Part shown: piece by piece, positions 41,501 to 55,700 of the stretch | How positions within the stretch are numbered: the first letter of the stretch is position 1 | Layout: each line of letters begins with the position of its first letter | DNA from: Phoronis australis | Lineage: Eukaryota; Animalia; Phoronida | Length of the DNA: 64,000 bases | NCBI GenBank assembly: GCA_002633005.1 | Contig: NMRA01000181.1 | Location: forward strand, 1 to 64,000 | Direction: 5' to 3' | Translations under genes and position numbers: made by a program | The notes under the pieces: generated by a model | Database searches by the model: none | Told to the model about the DNA's origin: nothing | The model's input: only the letters and a program-made list of their open reading frames with translations

Positions 41501-41506
41501 TTTATT
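41501..41506 (-). promoter_or_regulatory. Candidate polyadenylation signal of GPA2
   Basis: TTTATT on + (AATAAA on -), about 525 nt past the GPA2 stop. Confidence 0.4.
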
Positions 41507-42029
41507 TACCATAGAATAATTTACAACCTTAAATAAATTAAATCAAACGTGTACTGACATAAACCCACTTTTAAGCACACTCATTGCCACATCAACTGGC
41601 ACCAACCAAATTACAGTAGCCAACATGAGCTACCTATGGAATGTTTCATCTCTTGCACGAGTATGCTGTCAGTTTGTGCAACACAAATATAACACACCTG
41701 AGACAAGTATACAGGGTGCCCAACAAACAGGAACAAGATAAAGAGCTTTTTGTCATGAGTGACAACTTAAAAACCTTGAAATGTAACAACCCTCAGAATA
41801 AATAGATGCTGACTAATCAAGAAAACCCCCAATGAGATTATGTTTTCTAAATCCACCAAGTGCTTGCAATCTGAATCCTCTTGATCTCACTTTTCTCCCT
41901 CCATAACTTTAGAATTCAAATTTATGAATCGTTTTTCACAAGTGAAGATGTCCGATTGTCAACAATAAAAGAAATAGTGAGCAAGCCCATGTCTTCGGGT
42001 CTGACAAGTAGACCAAAGCACAGCGACCG

Positions 42030-42149
42030 TTACTTCTTTAAGTCATAAATCACAACGTCTCCGGTATTGCAATAAAGGCACTCGCACTTGGCAGCAGAAC
42101 GGAATTTGAAAGTCCTCATTCCTCCAATACATCTCGCTCTGTATGAGAC
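42030..42149 (-). CDS. GPA2: GPA2 glycoprotein hormone alpha-2 (thyrostimulin alpha), coding exon 3
   Basis: Acceptor TATCTTTACAG then VSYRARCIGGMRTFKFRSAAKCECLYCNTGDVVIYDLKK* (phase 0). Contains FxSAxxCxCxxC. Not in the ORF track. Confidence 0.93.
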   Translation of the reverse strand, partial: VSYRARCIGGMRTFKFRSAAKCECLYCNTGDVVIYDLKK

Positions 42150-45100
42150 CTGTAAAGATAGAATCAAAAACAACATCAAGGATCCATTTTATCAAAGGCC
42201 AAATGACAGGTTGATGCTAAACGATAAAGATAGCAGAGGACAATACTTATGGTAGCAATGACTTTCAAAGTTACAGAGTTTTTCAAGACACCTGGGCTCA
42301 TTTTACCAAAGGTTGTAGGCACAGTTTCGAATAAGAACATGGCAACTTTGTTTTTTGTTAACTAGTGTGAATGTGAAATAGGGTGAAGGTCATGTCAGAT
42401 GCAAGTTCCAATTTATTAAAGACAAGCGCCATGTCGCATTAGTTACAACATGCATAGGACCATCTTATTAGTATGTATAAATAGATTACTCCATGAAACT
42501 CCACTAAAGGTTTAATGGCGCTATTTGCATACAGAAAGTCTTGATGGTGCACTATTATGACCAAATATCCCTAGGTTAAGAGAACTTCAACAAAAATTTC
42601 ATAAATAGTGATAAGTTATTTTTATAACTATACTCTAAATTTTCCGCATCACTTCAAATTGGACACGATACTCTAAAGCAATGGTACAGTTTAGCTAAAC
42701 TGCAGAGCATTTTTTTCATCAGTAAAATCTAATTTCCTTTAATTATGGAAATGCATTTGAGTAACACACGGTCATACATGGCACTTCATCTTACAGTGAT
42801 CACCTTAAAAGCATTTTACCTATGTCCACTCTAACATTTTCTCATCAAATGCTAATTTCATCCCTAATCAAGTTCATTATAATTATCCCTTGTTCGCTAT
42901 TCTTGCTGTGGCAGACCTAAGTGAAGTAGCAATTACAGAATACTTAAGGGAGTAGAATGCCTTATGAATGTTGAGAACAAAATTCAGTTAACTATTGAAT
43001 TGTAAGTGGGAGAACAAGTGTTAAATAAAGGACTCACACGTCATTCATCAAGTTTTTAAGCAAAAGCATCAGAAGGCATGTATTTTGGTTACAAGAACGT
43101 AATCAATCACCCAACGGATATTAGCAGCCATGCATTAAATGCCTAATGACTCACACTTAACAAGACCCATAAATTTAAACATGATTAACAAATATTAACA
43201 GCAGTGTTGATTTATTTCACCAGTGATTAATTAGTGTCAAGAAAATGAGATTGAGACAATAAACAACTGTAAACAGCTTAATACTACTCTAATTCTAAAG
43301 GTGTTCTGAGGGTGAAGCTGTTATCGACAAACAATCTAAACCGGATTCCATGACAGAAGAAATGGTTCATTTCTTTACAACTCAAACAAAGAATGCAAGA
43401 TCTGATTGATGAAATAAATTTCCTGATTTCTGCGAACAGCTTAATATGTAAGGCAGCAGGAGACAATCTCTCTTTTGTCCACTAATTAAAAAACACCCCA
43501 CGTCCTTCGAGGACAAGCACCAGAAAGAGAAGAACATGAATTTAAAAGACTGTTAATAGTTAACCTAGCATGTGCCCTATTCAATGAGAAGTATACAGGC
43601 CAGCTCCAACCCAAGGTGTGAGACTGCCGTTGCCTGCATGTAGCATTCCAGCAAAGCAGCTGCGTCAGTAATACAAAAGGAAATTAAAATAACAAGTAGA
43701 TTTGATGTTAGAAGATGTGACAATTAGGCCTACTATTGCAAAACAACAGACAACAGACCATAAACTGTGCTACGTTTCTATTCAGCTCACTCAAAGACTC
43801 AGTCACAGAGCAGGGTAAAGAATGACGGTCATATTTAATATCTTCTTCTGTATGGGAACAAAGTGATTAGGACACAGCACTTGGAGAGCTCACACCACGA
43901 AGGCAAGCAATGAAAATTATTCAGTTTAGTTTCTTGAGTTTAGTCATAGGTGACCATGAAGCCCAAGATAAACAAAGTGATCAAGGCAAACTGACAACCA
44001 CCACAGAATGCTAGTTGAGTTGCTGTGGTGTACATGGGGGTATGCTGAAATGGCACCAATCAAAGCTATATTGAAGACGAGAAGACAAGTAAATTAGATA
44101 ATTTTCGAGTTCAGGCGTTTTTGACTGTCCACCTGCATCATCAAATGCTACAGACATGTCTTCCTTCCAAGAGGTAAACCTTTGATGTAGACCACTTGCA
44201 GCTATAAAATTGGTCTCCCCTTGTTCTTTACTCAGATGTGCTTGCAAACAACTGACAAAGCTCTCAAGTCCCCTACAATTCATCTAAGGAACATCTTGAG
44301 AGCCACTTCATAATGGTAAGTGGTCTCAATAAAAAGCTAGTCTTTGTCATGAATGGCATGTTTATAACAGCTTTAAGTAATTGTCCACAAATGGTTGAGT
44401 AATTGACAGTTCAAAACTACCTACCTATTGCAAAAAAGGTAAATAGCCTCAGTTCATTTCATCCTAATGCTTGTTGACTGAATAATACTTATCCCTTTCA
44501 TACAGGATGAAACAGTCGCTTACTGTAAGTTCAATAAACATCCCAATGCTCACATTTTCAGTGTATTACTTAACTACTACCTGTACCACTATTGTGGTAC
44601 ATTACTAGAATTTATTGTGTTCCCAAAAATCACAGCGTATCCCTAGAACTACTCAGGCTGGAAAAACATGTATGCAAATTAAGGTTATGCATGACCCTGC
44701 GAAAATGTTCAATTTTGGCTGTGGGGGGGGGGGGGNGGGGGGGGGGCATGGCATCTCTAAAGTAGCTAAAGGCATTGATAGGAAACTTTTAGATAAGATG
44801 GTTCATGTTCTTTTCTCCAAAACATTTTTAGGTATTGTTTTTAAATTGGTCCACTTTTGCATGTGGGGCTATAAAATAGGACTTTTTGTTTTTCAAGAAA
44901 AAAAATCCATAAAACAAAAATGAAACATGTAACAGCATTTTTGAGATCTGATCATGAACTTTTGTACTAAAAAAATGATCATGTTACTGATGCCATTGTT
45001 TTTCCATCAGGCTACGTACCTTTCTTTTTCACTAAATTTAACAAGAACTACATGGTCACGTGATCCAGTTTATGGCCAATTGAAAAGTCAGAAATCAAAT

Positions 45101-46195
45101 TCTACAGGCTGTCTGCTTTCAAAAAATATATTTTTCATCTTAAAGTTTTGTAGATATTTATCTTGATACTCAGACCTGTCCATAAGGCCCCACACAACCT
45201 TAAACTGACAAAATATCATTAAGAAATGCAAATCAGTTTACAGTGGACGTCCAGGTAAATGTTACGGAGGACCTGCGAAAAATGTCCACAATTTACAATG
45301 ATGCTATGCTTTACGCAGTATACTCCAAAACTCTGTGATGAATTGTTTTTAAAACTTCCACTTTTGCACTAAGAGATTAACATATTTATGAAAACTCAAA
45401 AGATGCAATATGTACCTAAGAACTATATTTACACAAATCACCTTTTGGTGACAGAATTACTGGAGTTGGTTAAAACAACACATCACAAGAGATCTTAAGA
45501 TAAACAACAAACAAGCAAAGGTAATGATGGAAGACATTTGACTATTTTCAATCCTAAAATAAACATATCATATGTGGTCTAAAAATAATCAACGCTAACT
45601 AAATGACAATTAATCCCACCAACAACTGCAATGAGCAATCGATCAACTTTTATTTCTCAAAAAACAAAGACCAACAAAGATTCATTTATTCTCACAAGAT
45701 ACATCTGACAATTAATTTTCGAATACCAGGTGTACATTTGAAAAATAACATATTCTGATCTTTCTTGCAGCCTACTGGAACATGCGCACAATCTAACTTG
45801 AAAAGGGGGAAACAAAATAAAGTTATACATATTTTGCTCTGACAGTAAGACAGGCAGAACTCTAAGTTAGCTGAAATACTGACAATGAATGTTTTCACCG
45901 ACAGTCTCATAAAAATAGACTACACTGACAACTTGACAATTTGTACATCAAAGGAAAGTCAGTAATAGTCACTTATAGAGGTCAGTATCTGAAAAAACAG
46001 AATTCTTCGCTGAATAAGCAACAAACTGATTCTCAAAATTCAGGATCCTGCAAGTGACCATTACTGGAAAGCTTAAGGCCAGGAGTCAAATATCATTCCA
46101 AAAGCAGGCCTATGAACTTATCAGCAAACAAATTTTCAAATATTCCTGGTATTACTCAATGTGTGGACAAAAGAATACAAGCTCCATACTCTTAC

Positions 46196-46371
46196 CTCAT
46201 GTGTTTCAACAATATTGCAACAAGACGACCTGGATGTATAAAGCTGGCTTGGGTTCCTTGCTAACAGTAACTGTCCTGTTGGTACACTATAACTGACGCA
46301 ATAGCCACGGCATGCATTGGTAGTGGCCCAGAAACTCACACATCCATGTACAGCTATTTTTTGCCTGTGCC
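46196..46371 (-). CDS. GPA2: GPA2 coding exon 2
   Basis: Acceptor TCATTGTAG, phase 1: (G)HRQKIAVHGCVSFWATTNACRGYCVSYSVPTGQLLLARNPSQLYTSRSSCCNIVETHE, donor GTAAG. TTNACRGxCxS and the CC doublet are GPA2/alpha-subunit hallmarks. Confidence 0.96.
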
Positions 46372-46929
46372 CTACAATGAAATTTAAAAAGGTAAATAGA
46401 AACATGTGCATAGTTGTTTGAAACGAGCAGGATTTTTGAAAAGACACAAAAAATATTGTTGTAATGCGATGCAACGGTCAATATGTATGTTAAGGTAATA
46501 CTGAACATTGTTTGAGATCACTTTCAACAAAAAATTACTGAACCCATTTCATTAGAGGGCATAAATTCGGTCTTACCCAAGACCGTCGTAGGTTCCATTT
46601 CAACAATTATTATATCTACAATAAAAACTCTTCAATTTGGAACAAAAATATTAGCTAAAACTGCCACATTGCTACTGTTCAGAGGCTTCCCATTGTTGCA
46701 AATGCTCAAGATATCACTTATTGTTGTCTGGAAATAGCTACTCCACACAAACCATGATAAAAGCAAAGTATTTTTTCTGAAAGGTTATTTTTTTGTTGAG
46801 AAATTTGACAGTGAATTTTCACCTGTATACCACATTGTGTCCCAAACTAGAGTATTTTAGCATCAGCTTGAATTGTGACAGTAGCAATACTCCTGTAAAG
46901 GCATAATTGTCACCTTGATGGAAACCTAT

Positions 46930-49900
46930 TTGCCAAATTTCCGAAAATCCAGCAATGAACTCCAAAGATATGGAGGCAAATGTAAAAAAAACTAAAACTG
47001 CCACTAGGAGGCACACCTGTAGTCGGATTGGTCTCTAACTCTTCGTCATCTTTTATCATCTCCATAGGAACATATCTGCTACATTTTATAAAAATCCTCT
47101 AAAGAGTTAAGGAGATACAGCAGTGGATGCAAAAAATAAAAAATGCCAGTAGAGGTCGCCACAGTAATTGAACTTGTCCGAAAATCAGTGTCAGCTGCGG
47201 TCTTCTCATCAGGAAAATATCTAAGGCAATTTTCATAACAAGAGCAACGTGGAGCATTGAAATGCAGACACAAATGCACTACAAATGGTGTGCTTTAAGG
47301 GGTACTTATTTGTATCCTAAAAATAGCCACTTTCTGGCACAAAATATGTCGAATCCACCTGGAAATGCAACATGTCATTTGTTTAACAGAAACCCGTCAA
47401 GGAACTTTAGAAAAACAGAGGAAATGTGGAAAAATTAAAACTAGGGAGCACAGCATTTGTTGGATCTGTCTGAAAGTCCTTGTCATCAATTTCATATAAA
47501 TACACTTGCTAAATTTAATAAAGATCCTGCAGTGGGTTTAGGAGATACAGCTAGGATGCAGAAAAATGGCACTAGAAGGTGCCACACTAGTCGAGGTCAT
47601 CAGAAAATCATTGTCAACTGTTCTCTTTGCACTAAGAACAGTAAAAATGGCCATTAGATGACACAAAATAAGTCGAATCCATCCGAAAACAAGAACATGT
47701 CATTGTTTCTTTAATAGAAAGCTATTTATTAATTTCATAAAAATCCATCAAGGAACTTCAACAGAACTGATGAAAAAAAATTAAATTGCCACCAGGAGGT
47801 ACTGACAGCATTTGTCGTATCTGTCTGAATGTTGTAGTCCTCTGTAGTCAATTTCATGTAAATAAACTTGCTTCATTTAATAAAAATCTTGCAATGGGTT
47901 TCGGAGATACAGCTATGATCACAAAAAACAAAACTGCCATTAGGAGGCGTCACAGTAGTCGAAGTGGTCGTAAAATCACCATCAGCAGTCCTCCTCACAG
48001 TAGGAACTTTACCAATTTTTAAAATCACCCTTAGACTGGTTTTGCTGACAGAAGGGTGGATACCAAAAATAGACTCGAAAATGGCAAAAATGGCCACTAG
48101 GTGGTGCAAAATACCTTGAATCTGTCCGAAAATGGAAGGAAAGTGTCACTTCACTAACAGATATGCCTATCCGCAAAATTTTATGAAAATCTGTTGGGTA
48201 CCTTTGAAGATACTGAGGTAAACATAAAAATATAAAATTGCCACTTGGGGGCACACCGGTTGTCCGATTTGTCCAAAAGTTGCTTTCGTTTGTTGTCCAC
48301 TCAAATAAATATACTTGCTACAGCCAAGGGTGCAAAATCAAACAAAACTGCCACTAGGAGGCACCAAAGTAGTCGAAGTCCTCCGAAAATAATCGTCAGC
48401 CGCGCTCTTCACAGTACAAACATATATGCCAATTCTCACAATCATCCTTAGAGTGATTTGGTTGATAGAGGGGCGGACTTCAAAAAACAGTGAAAATGGC
48501 TGCTAAGTGGCACAAAGTACCTCGAATCCACCCGAAAACAGGAGAATGGTGTCATCTAATTAATAGATGCCTATGTGCCAAGTTTCAAGAGGAGGACCTT
48601 TGTAGATACAAAGACAAATGTAAAAAACTAAAATTGCCAGTAAGACACTGGTAATCGGATCCATCCCAAATTCATTGTCATTTATCGCCTGCTTCATAGA
48701 AACACATCTGCCAAATCTCATCAAGATCCTGTGAGGGGTTTAGAAGATACAGCTGTGGACATATAAATATGTTGGCGCATTAATTGATCCTTTAAATGCT
48801 TGGGCATATTTGAAGGCAGACCTCAAAAATGGACTAAAAATGTTCAAAATTGCCAACAGGAGGCGCGGAATGGTACGTCAAATCCATCCGAAAACGAAAA
48901 GGCATCATTGTCTCTTTTATACTGAATTTCATGAAAATCCATCACGGGACTTGGAAGATGAAGTGGCAAACATAAAAAGTAAGTTTCTGCCACTACGGGA
49001 CACACCTACACTAGGATTGGCCTGGAAATCCTCGACATCTGTTATCATCTTTGTAGGAAAATAGCTGCCAAATTTCACAAAAATCCTCCAAAGAGTAAAG
49101 GAGGTACAGCCATGGACGCTAAAAAAATTGTCACCTGTTGTTCAACCCGTCCGCAAATCAGTGTCAGCCGCAGTCAGGAATTCACCTGCAAATTTTTATG
49201 ATTCTTTGAGCAGCTTGGCGTATAGGAAGGTGGACATCACAAACGCATTAAAAGTTTTTAAAATTGCCAGAATACGTCAGATCTGTCCGAAAACCAAAAG
49301 GCGTCATGGTCTCTTTAAAGCCTAACTTCAACGGAATTTTGTTACTTTAGATGTATTGGGCTAACCAGATAGTCCTAGCAAAGCCTTAGTAAAATAAGAA
49401 AACGCGAGTTCAATCATGCAAATGTAAGCCCGTCAAATGTTAAGTGAAGCTGCCTTTTCGAGCCATGTTGCGTCACCGCGAGATTCCAGCACAAACAACA
49501 AAAGGTTGTATTGAATAGGGGTCTGAATAGAACACCATCGCCTGCGGGTGTTTTTTGCAGCTGTTTGAATTAAAACGTGATTCTCGCGGAGACGTAGACA
49601 AAAGCAAGCCAATATGCCAAACAGTGCGTAACATTTGACAATTTATGGCACTGGTGGGCTCAGAGCGATGCTCTTAACATACTGTAGGAACCAAATTTAC
49701 ATGTGTTACCACTGAAGATAGGCTTTATTAAAATCATTTGCTAAATTTCATGCAAATGTATCAAGGAACTCCAATGATACAGAGATAATAATAAAAAAAT
49801 AAAAGTGCTACTAGGGGACAGAGCCGCAATCAAATCAGTCCAAAACTTGTGATCGTCCGGCGGTCAGCTTAATTTGAACACACTCACTATTCAAATCTCA

Positions 49901-49980
49901 TTATGATACTGCAAGGGTTTTAGGAGACAGAGATGACGGCAATATGTACCCACATACAAATATATGGGTACATAAAAGTG
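46930..49980 (+). repeat. Cluster of modular HINE-like repeats filling the first coding intron of GPA2
   Basis: Many degenerate copies of GCCACTAGGAGGCAC, TCCGAAAA and AATTTCATGAAAATCC modules. Element start AACAAGAGC at ~47237. 3' hairpin ATGTACCCACAT...ATATGGGTACAT-AAAA at ~49943-49978. Confidence 0.7.
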
Positions 49981-50107
49981 ATGCTAACGAGTGACAATCA
50001 CCAACAGGCAATCTGAATGAAAACCATCCAGCTACCTTGACAGTGATCCAACCAATCAAAAACCTTACTGCACAAAGTTTCAAACTAAAAGCTAAAACAT
50101 AGCTCAC

Positions 50108-50222
50108 CTACTAAATGACAACCAGGAGCGTCCCAAACATCAGCACTTCTTACGATGTTTATCAAATGGACAAGAACACACAGAAACTTCATGAGTTGCA
50201 GCGACTCCTTTGAAATATTCAT
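50108..50222 (-). CDS. GPA2: GPA2 coding exon 1 (signal peptide plus Cys1)
   Basis: MNISKESLQLMKFLCVLVHLINIVRSADVWDAPGCHLV-G then donor GTGAG (phase 1, matches exon 2). Alternative start at the Met at 50192. Spliced CDS 115+176+120=411 nt, 136 aa, 10 mature Cys. Confidence 0.92.
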
Positions 50223-52661
50223 TTTCAGATATCACAGCCTGGCGTTGAGACGAGAGCCGAAAAGCAATATATTCTGATTTGTATTTCCCTGTTTTCACCT
50301 AAAAACAGATGAAAGAAAATGAGCTGAATTAAATGTCTGCATTTGACATAGCTAACAAAATAACGTAATCAGGAATATCACATGAAGGAATATTGCAAAA
50401 CCGTAATAATCAGTCAAGTTGATCACAGAGGCACTAATCCATGTTAATAACGGAATCAAAGAACAAGCACTACAATTAAAAACTAAATGACACAACGCTC
50501 CATGTTTCTAAAGGCATCAGCAGCTGTAAAAGCATTCAATTTATCACAGGACCACTTTGCAAAACCAGTGCTGTCACTCAGTTTCAACTTGGTTGTCCTG
50601 TGACAAAGTTGCACGCTTCACCATGCTTTTAGACATGAAGAGAAATGTCAGAGTTTTTAGTTATAACGCCTGTTCTTCAATTCTTCATTTCAATATGGCC
50701 AAAGACTGATGTACAGAAGTAAATGTTAATAAAGAGCACTGAACCACAATTCTAACAGAAACAAGAATAACTTCTAATGATGAGTTCCAAAGCTTGGATG
50801 CCTTTGATTAAGTCACGTGTCAATTTACCTGAGCACTGGGAAGCAGTACCAGAACACACAAAGCATTGTGCACAATTAGTGTCACGGCTCTTAAAGCAGT
50901 GTCAACAGCTGACTCTAGTGTCCCCTTTTAGCAAAACTTTGCTAATCAAGATGGAAAACACAGCTGCTACAGTGTCACAAAAATTGTCCTAGCTGAGAAG
51001 TTCTTTCAGATATAAACAATATCGTAACTGCATTGCTTATTTGGATATAAAAGCAGGATTTTTGTCTTCTTTGAGCCAAGTTGACAATACATATTTCTGA
51101 AATCACTAAGTTGCTATGGTAATATAACAGAGGCAGCACCAACACCACCAAAGAAAACTATTTAAGAACAAGGTGTGCCACTAGTCAAAATATTTAGTCA
51201 AAAACACACGTCTTATAATAAAATGAACTTAGATTTAGTGCAAACACTCCAGGAATGTCGTCTTAAGGGGGCGAGAACCAAAATTAGATTTGGATAGCTA
51301 AATATACTACCCTTGATTCATTCTTTTATCAAGTATTGATAAATCAGCCAACACTAACATTCAGAGGATAATGTAATGTTATCATTATTTAGTCAAATCT
51401 CTGTCTGGCCCCATAACACAGAAAGTTGTCCAGTTTCAAGCACTGTAAGACCATTGCTGATACTTAAGTTTATGTTTTAGTCAAATTTGCTAACAAGAAT
51501 ACTTTACCAAAAACGGTAATATAAATACCCAACTAAGTTATTGTTAAAGCTGTATTTTGCCTTGCCTAGCTGGCTAAAATTCGAAAATCAAAATGGGCTT
51601 TCTATTCTCACAAAATTGGTTACATAATATTCCTTACTGCGGCAGGATTCTATACCCACAAGCACATCGAAACCAACAGCGATTCAAAAAGTGCTTCAGA
51701 GTTGATTGGGGTTGGAAAACTCTAAAATTTCAGATTAAAAAATGACGCATGCATGTACACATTGCTTGTGACTTGAAGCCAGCTTATCGGGCAATAACTC
51801 ATGATCTCAAGAGTGTGGTAATGTTTTTAAATCCCAAAGCACTTCCGTTAAGAATTCAACATTTACAGCTCAACCAGGAGCAAAGTGCAACTTAAAGAAC
51901 TAATTATTCAGCTTCAGACACTGTCATATATAAATCATTACTTGATGCCATCTATGTGAAAAACATCTCATGCCCTAATGATAAAGACTAAGCAATGGAA
52001 GGAGACCTAAAAGAAAAAAATCCCGGTGACAAATGATTGATTTCCCGAGCGAGAACAGCGGTATAATTGGGTTACACACAATCAATTAATTAAAAATTAA
52101 AAATTTATTTTTTATATTGTTGCTGCATGAACATCACCACACCCCCCCAATTTGCATGATGCTAACTGTCATAGGAGGATGTTAGTCGTTCTCCCAAAGG
52201 TTTTTAACATCTGAAAAGCTCATGTAGTAAAGCTTTCAGGTTTGGCATTGGGAACAGGGACTATTGGTAAGCACAACTTAGCACAAGTAAAGGTCATTGG
52301 ATGGTGAAGGGATCTAGCGACTGTCTGATTTAGGGGCCACTGCTGATGGAATTTTTCCAGGCCTTGGATAAGACCTTAGGACTACTTTGTGATCAGGCAG
52401 CGTGTGAGCTCAGTGTAATAGACACCTATGACACTAGGGTGGTATGTTCAAAGGTGGTGGCAGGGCATTACAAATATTTTTTTTGAAATTTTGTATGAAT
52501 TAACTTTGGAGTTCATTTCGCAACGTTGAACGATGACAAAATCACAGGTGGCTAATCAAAATGGTATTTCTTGCTACGATACGAACAAAATTAAAGTTAC
52601 AAATGAAAGATGCTTGACTGCGCCACATGACCTAAAGAAAAGTCAATAAATGACTAAAATC

Positions 52662-52742
52662 ATATCACAACTGAAGGTATGAATATAGGCAAGTGGAGAA
52701 ATATCACAACTGAAGGTATGAATATAGGCAAGTGGAGAAATA
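52662..52742. repeat. 39-bp exact tandem duplication
   Basis: ATATCACAACTGAAGGTATGAATATAGGCAAGTGGAGAA x2. Confidence 0.9.
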
Positions 52743-55700
52743 CCACTGTAACCAATAAAATGTAAACCTTGAACTTGCAACAAAAGAACAAGACTGAATG
52801 TAATTAACGATGAAATCAAACAATTTGCATCAGCCTTGTGCCAGCAATTAAGGCAGGCAATTAGGCAGCCATTTCTGATGTTACGTTTGGAAAAAATACA
52901 AATTCTGGATTATCCTGGTAGTATGTATTCCATGAAGTAAAATACTCTAGCTCTGCAGTACAGTCATGGAGTCATAGGTGATGTAAATGGTAACGCCTTC
53001 ATACTGCATTCGCCTCCATCACACTCCCCATTGACTAAAACGGTCGGATTGGTCACTCGTGTCTGCTTAATGCACGTGAGTGCAGATCCTGGATGCAGTT
53101 GACCAGTCCTTTGCATCACATTCTATTGTTCCATGGACAGCACGCACTCACCACGGCAACAGTACTTAAGAGAAAAAAGTGTCTCAAGATAACCAGGGAT
53201 CTTTACATCCCTCAGTAAAAACTGTCACCATGGTGACACCTCGCAATATTCCTAAACTGTGAGTTTCAGCATGCATGCAGGAAGCAGCTTGTCACATTCT
53301 GAGGCACAACCTACACAAGCAGTCTGAATTGAACTGTGTGTACGCTAATACAACAAGCAAACAATCTTACACCAGAAGACGCAATTAAAATATGCAGTAC
53401 ATAAGATCGAAAACAATAAAAAGGTCGCTATGCCAGCTTACAACAGTTCACTTGCAAACTGAAATATAGAAAAAAATTAAAATCTCTAAACCATTAATTA
53501 CTTGCAAAAAATATGTCGAAACTTCACTTTAATGTGAAATACCTAAGACTGTCAGAGTCCATTTTCTGAAAATAAGCACCTAAACCACGTAAAATGTTGT
53601 CATTTTCAAACAAATTATAGACCTACCCAAATATCATTTCATACCAGGACTGGACAAACAAAATCCAAACCAGTCTCAAACTTGAGATCATTAACAGCAG
53701 CTTAACCTAATAAGCAGCACTTAATCAGCATTCACACAGATAGTATAACTACTACCTACCTGACTCCCCGGCTGTAAGACTAACGACCATACTATGCTCA
53801 GACAGTACTTAAATAGTTCTCCACACTTGCAGGAAGTGAAGGGGTGTACAGGTTGCTAGGCAGGAAACAGTAGACCAAGTTGGATTACTCATAAATGTAA
53901 TGCTAGTCCAGTGCAGTGATGACGTAATGCTTAAGTCATCACAAGCTCCCCTAAGCCTTTCCAAAGGCACTAATTTTAATGAAGTAATTTTGAACTTCCT
54001 GCGAGGAAAGTGGGCTGCCAATTGTTTTATTCAGAAAGAATACTTCTAGAGCTGAAGACTGACGGTTTGCATTCAAAACTGGTATACAAGTAATCAAAAA
54101 GATTGAGCAAATCAATAAGTTAAATAGCAGCTTTTGAAAGAAAGTTTACTCTTAGTCTTTACTTAGTTTAATTTATGAACTTTATAATTCGAAGGGACAA
54201 TAAACAATTATCGCCATTTTCACGAATGTACAAAGTGTACGCTTTAGAGGGGTAGGGGAAAGGACTTGCTGCTGGCATATATGCTTTTGACATATGTAAA
54301 TGGCGATGTCAAATTTCAGAAGTCACATTGTAAAAACATGGCAAAACAACCAGCAGCATTAATGTCACCAATATCTAGCCAGGCAAAGCAAAATACACAA
54401 AGAATTGTTCAAAAATAACGTTTGTTACCACCTCCCTTTACCACACAACATTTGACTCAGAAGCAAACTTACAGTTTAAGGGCAGCAAACACCGCTGACC
54501 TTACATACCACCATTTTTTTTGTAAACTTTCAGGGGGAGGGAGGGGATCGGGAAAACCATATGGTTTGTGCACATGAGAAAATAGTGATAACTGCGAAAA
54601 GTTGCAAATTGAAATTCCATTTTTAAATGGAAGTTATCAGTTGAAATAAACCGTTACTACAACCACGTAATTCCTTGAGAAAAAATAGCTGCCTTGCAAC
54701 GCTTGCCAACTCACAAATTTCTAAAGTTCAAAACACCGGACATCAGACCACAGACCTCTTTGCTACACTTTGAGCCACATATTTTTAGTGACAAATGTTT
54801 GTCTGTATTGAGTGCTACATCAACGGGTCAAAAATGGACGTCAGAGAAAGATAAAATAAGGATGAAGCAATAGATTTAACCAAAAACACTTAAGAACTCC
54901 ATTCCCATCACTTATAAACATAGAATAAAACAGGAAGTGTTAACTTGCCTAAGCTCACAGTTTGTTTTTATGCGAACATTGGAAAATAAAAGCAAAAGTG
55001 GTCATTGAAATGGGATGTTTCCAGGTAATAGCCCAAACAGTGCTCAATATAACTTTAACCAACAACAGGCAAACAATGATTTGAATGATGTCACCAAAAT
55101 GGCGTTTCGGAGCATTCTCTAACAATTATCTTAAAAATGCTTTAATTTTGAAAAAAATAATGGCTCAAATGACCAGTTTTCAACTTCCAAAGATTTATTA
55201 CTGCATTGCTGTAGACAACGGATAGTTTACTAAATATTGCTTTGTGAAACATTTACTCAGTGTAGAAACCTTGATCATACTAATCATTTTTGTTGAAAAG
55301 TGGACAAAAATGAAATTCCTATTTTCCAATATATATTGTCCTAAGATGACGAATGCTTAATAAAGTTGTCAACAACGGACATCCCCTGTGGAAGAATGCA
55401 TTCTGTTGTTCACAACAAATGATGAAGTATATTGCTGCAGCAGTGACTGGTCAAACCTCATCAATTTCGGACAAAAAATAATTATCAAAATAGGTACTCG
55501 TTTTTTTTAAAGGCTTCTAACACTGTTATGAACGCCCACAATCTAACATCTTAAAACCATGGTCACATGGAAGCTGTGAATTCTAGAACTTTAAAAGGGA
55601 CATTACATTCACTTTGTGTCACATATCTTCCAACAAAAATTAAAAATTACCTTATTTGTCGGCCATATTGCTTCCTAAATTGGTGGCATTTTACCACACT

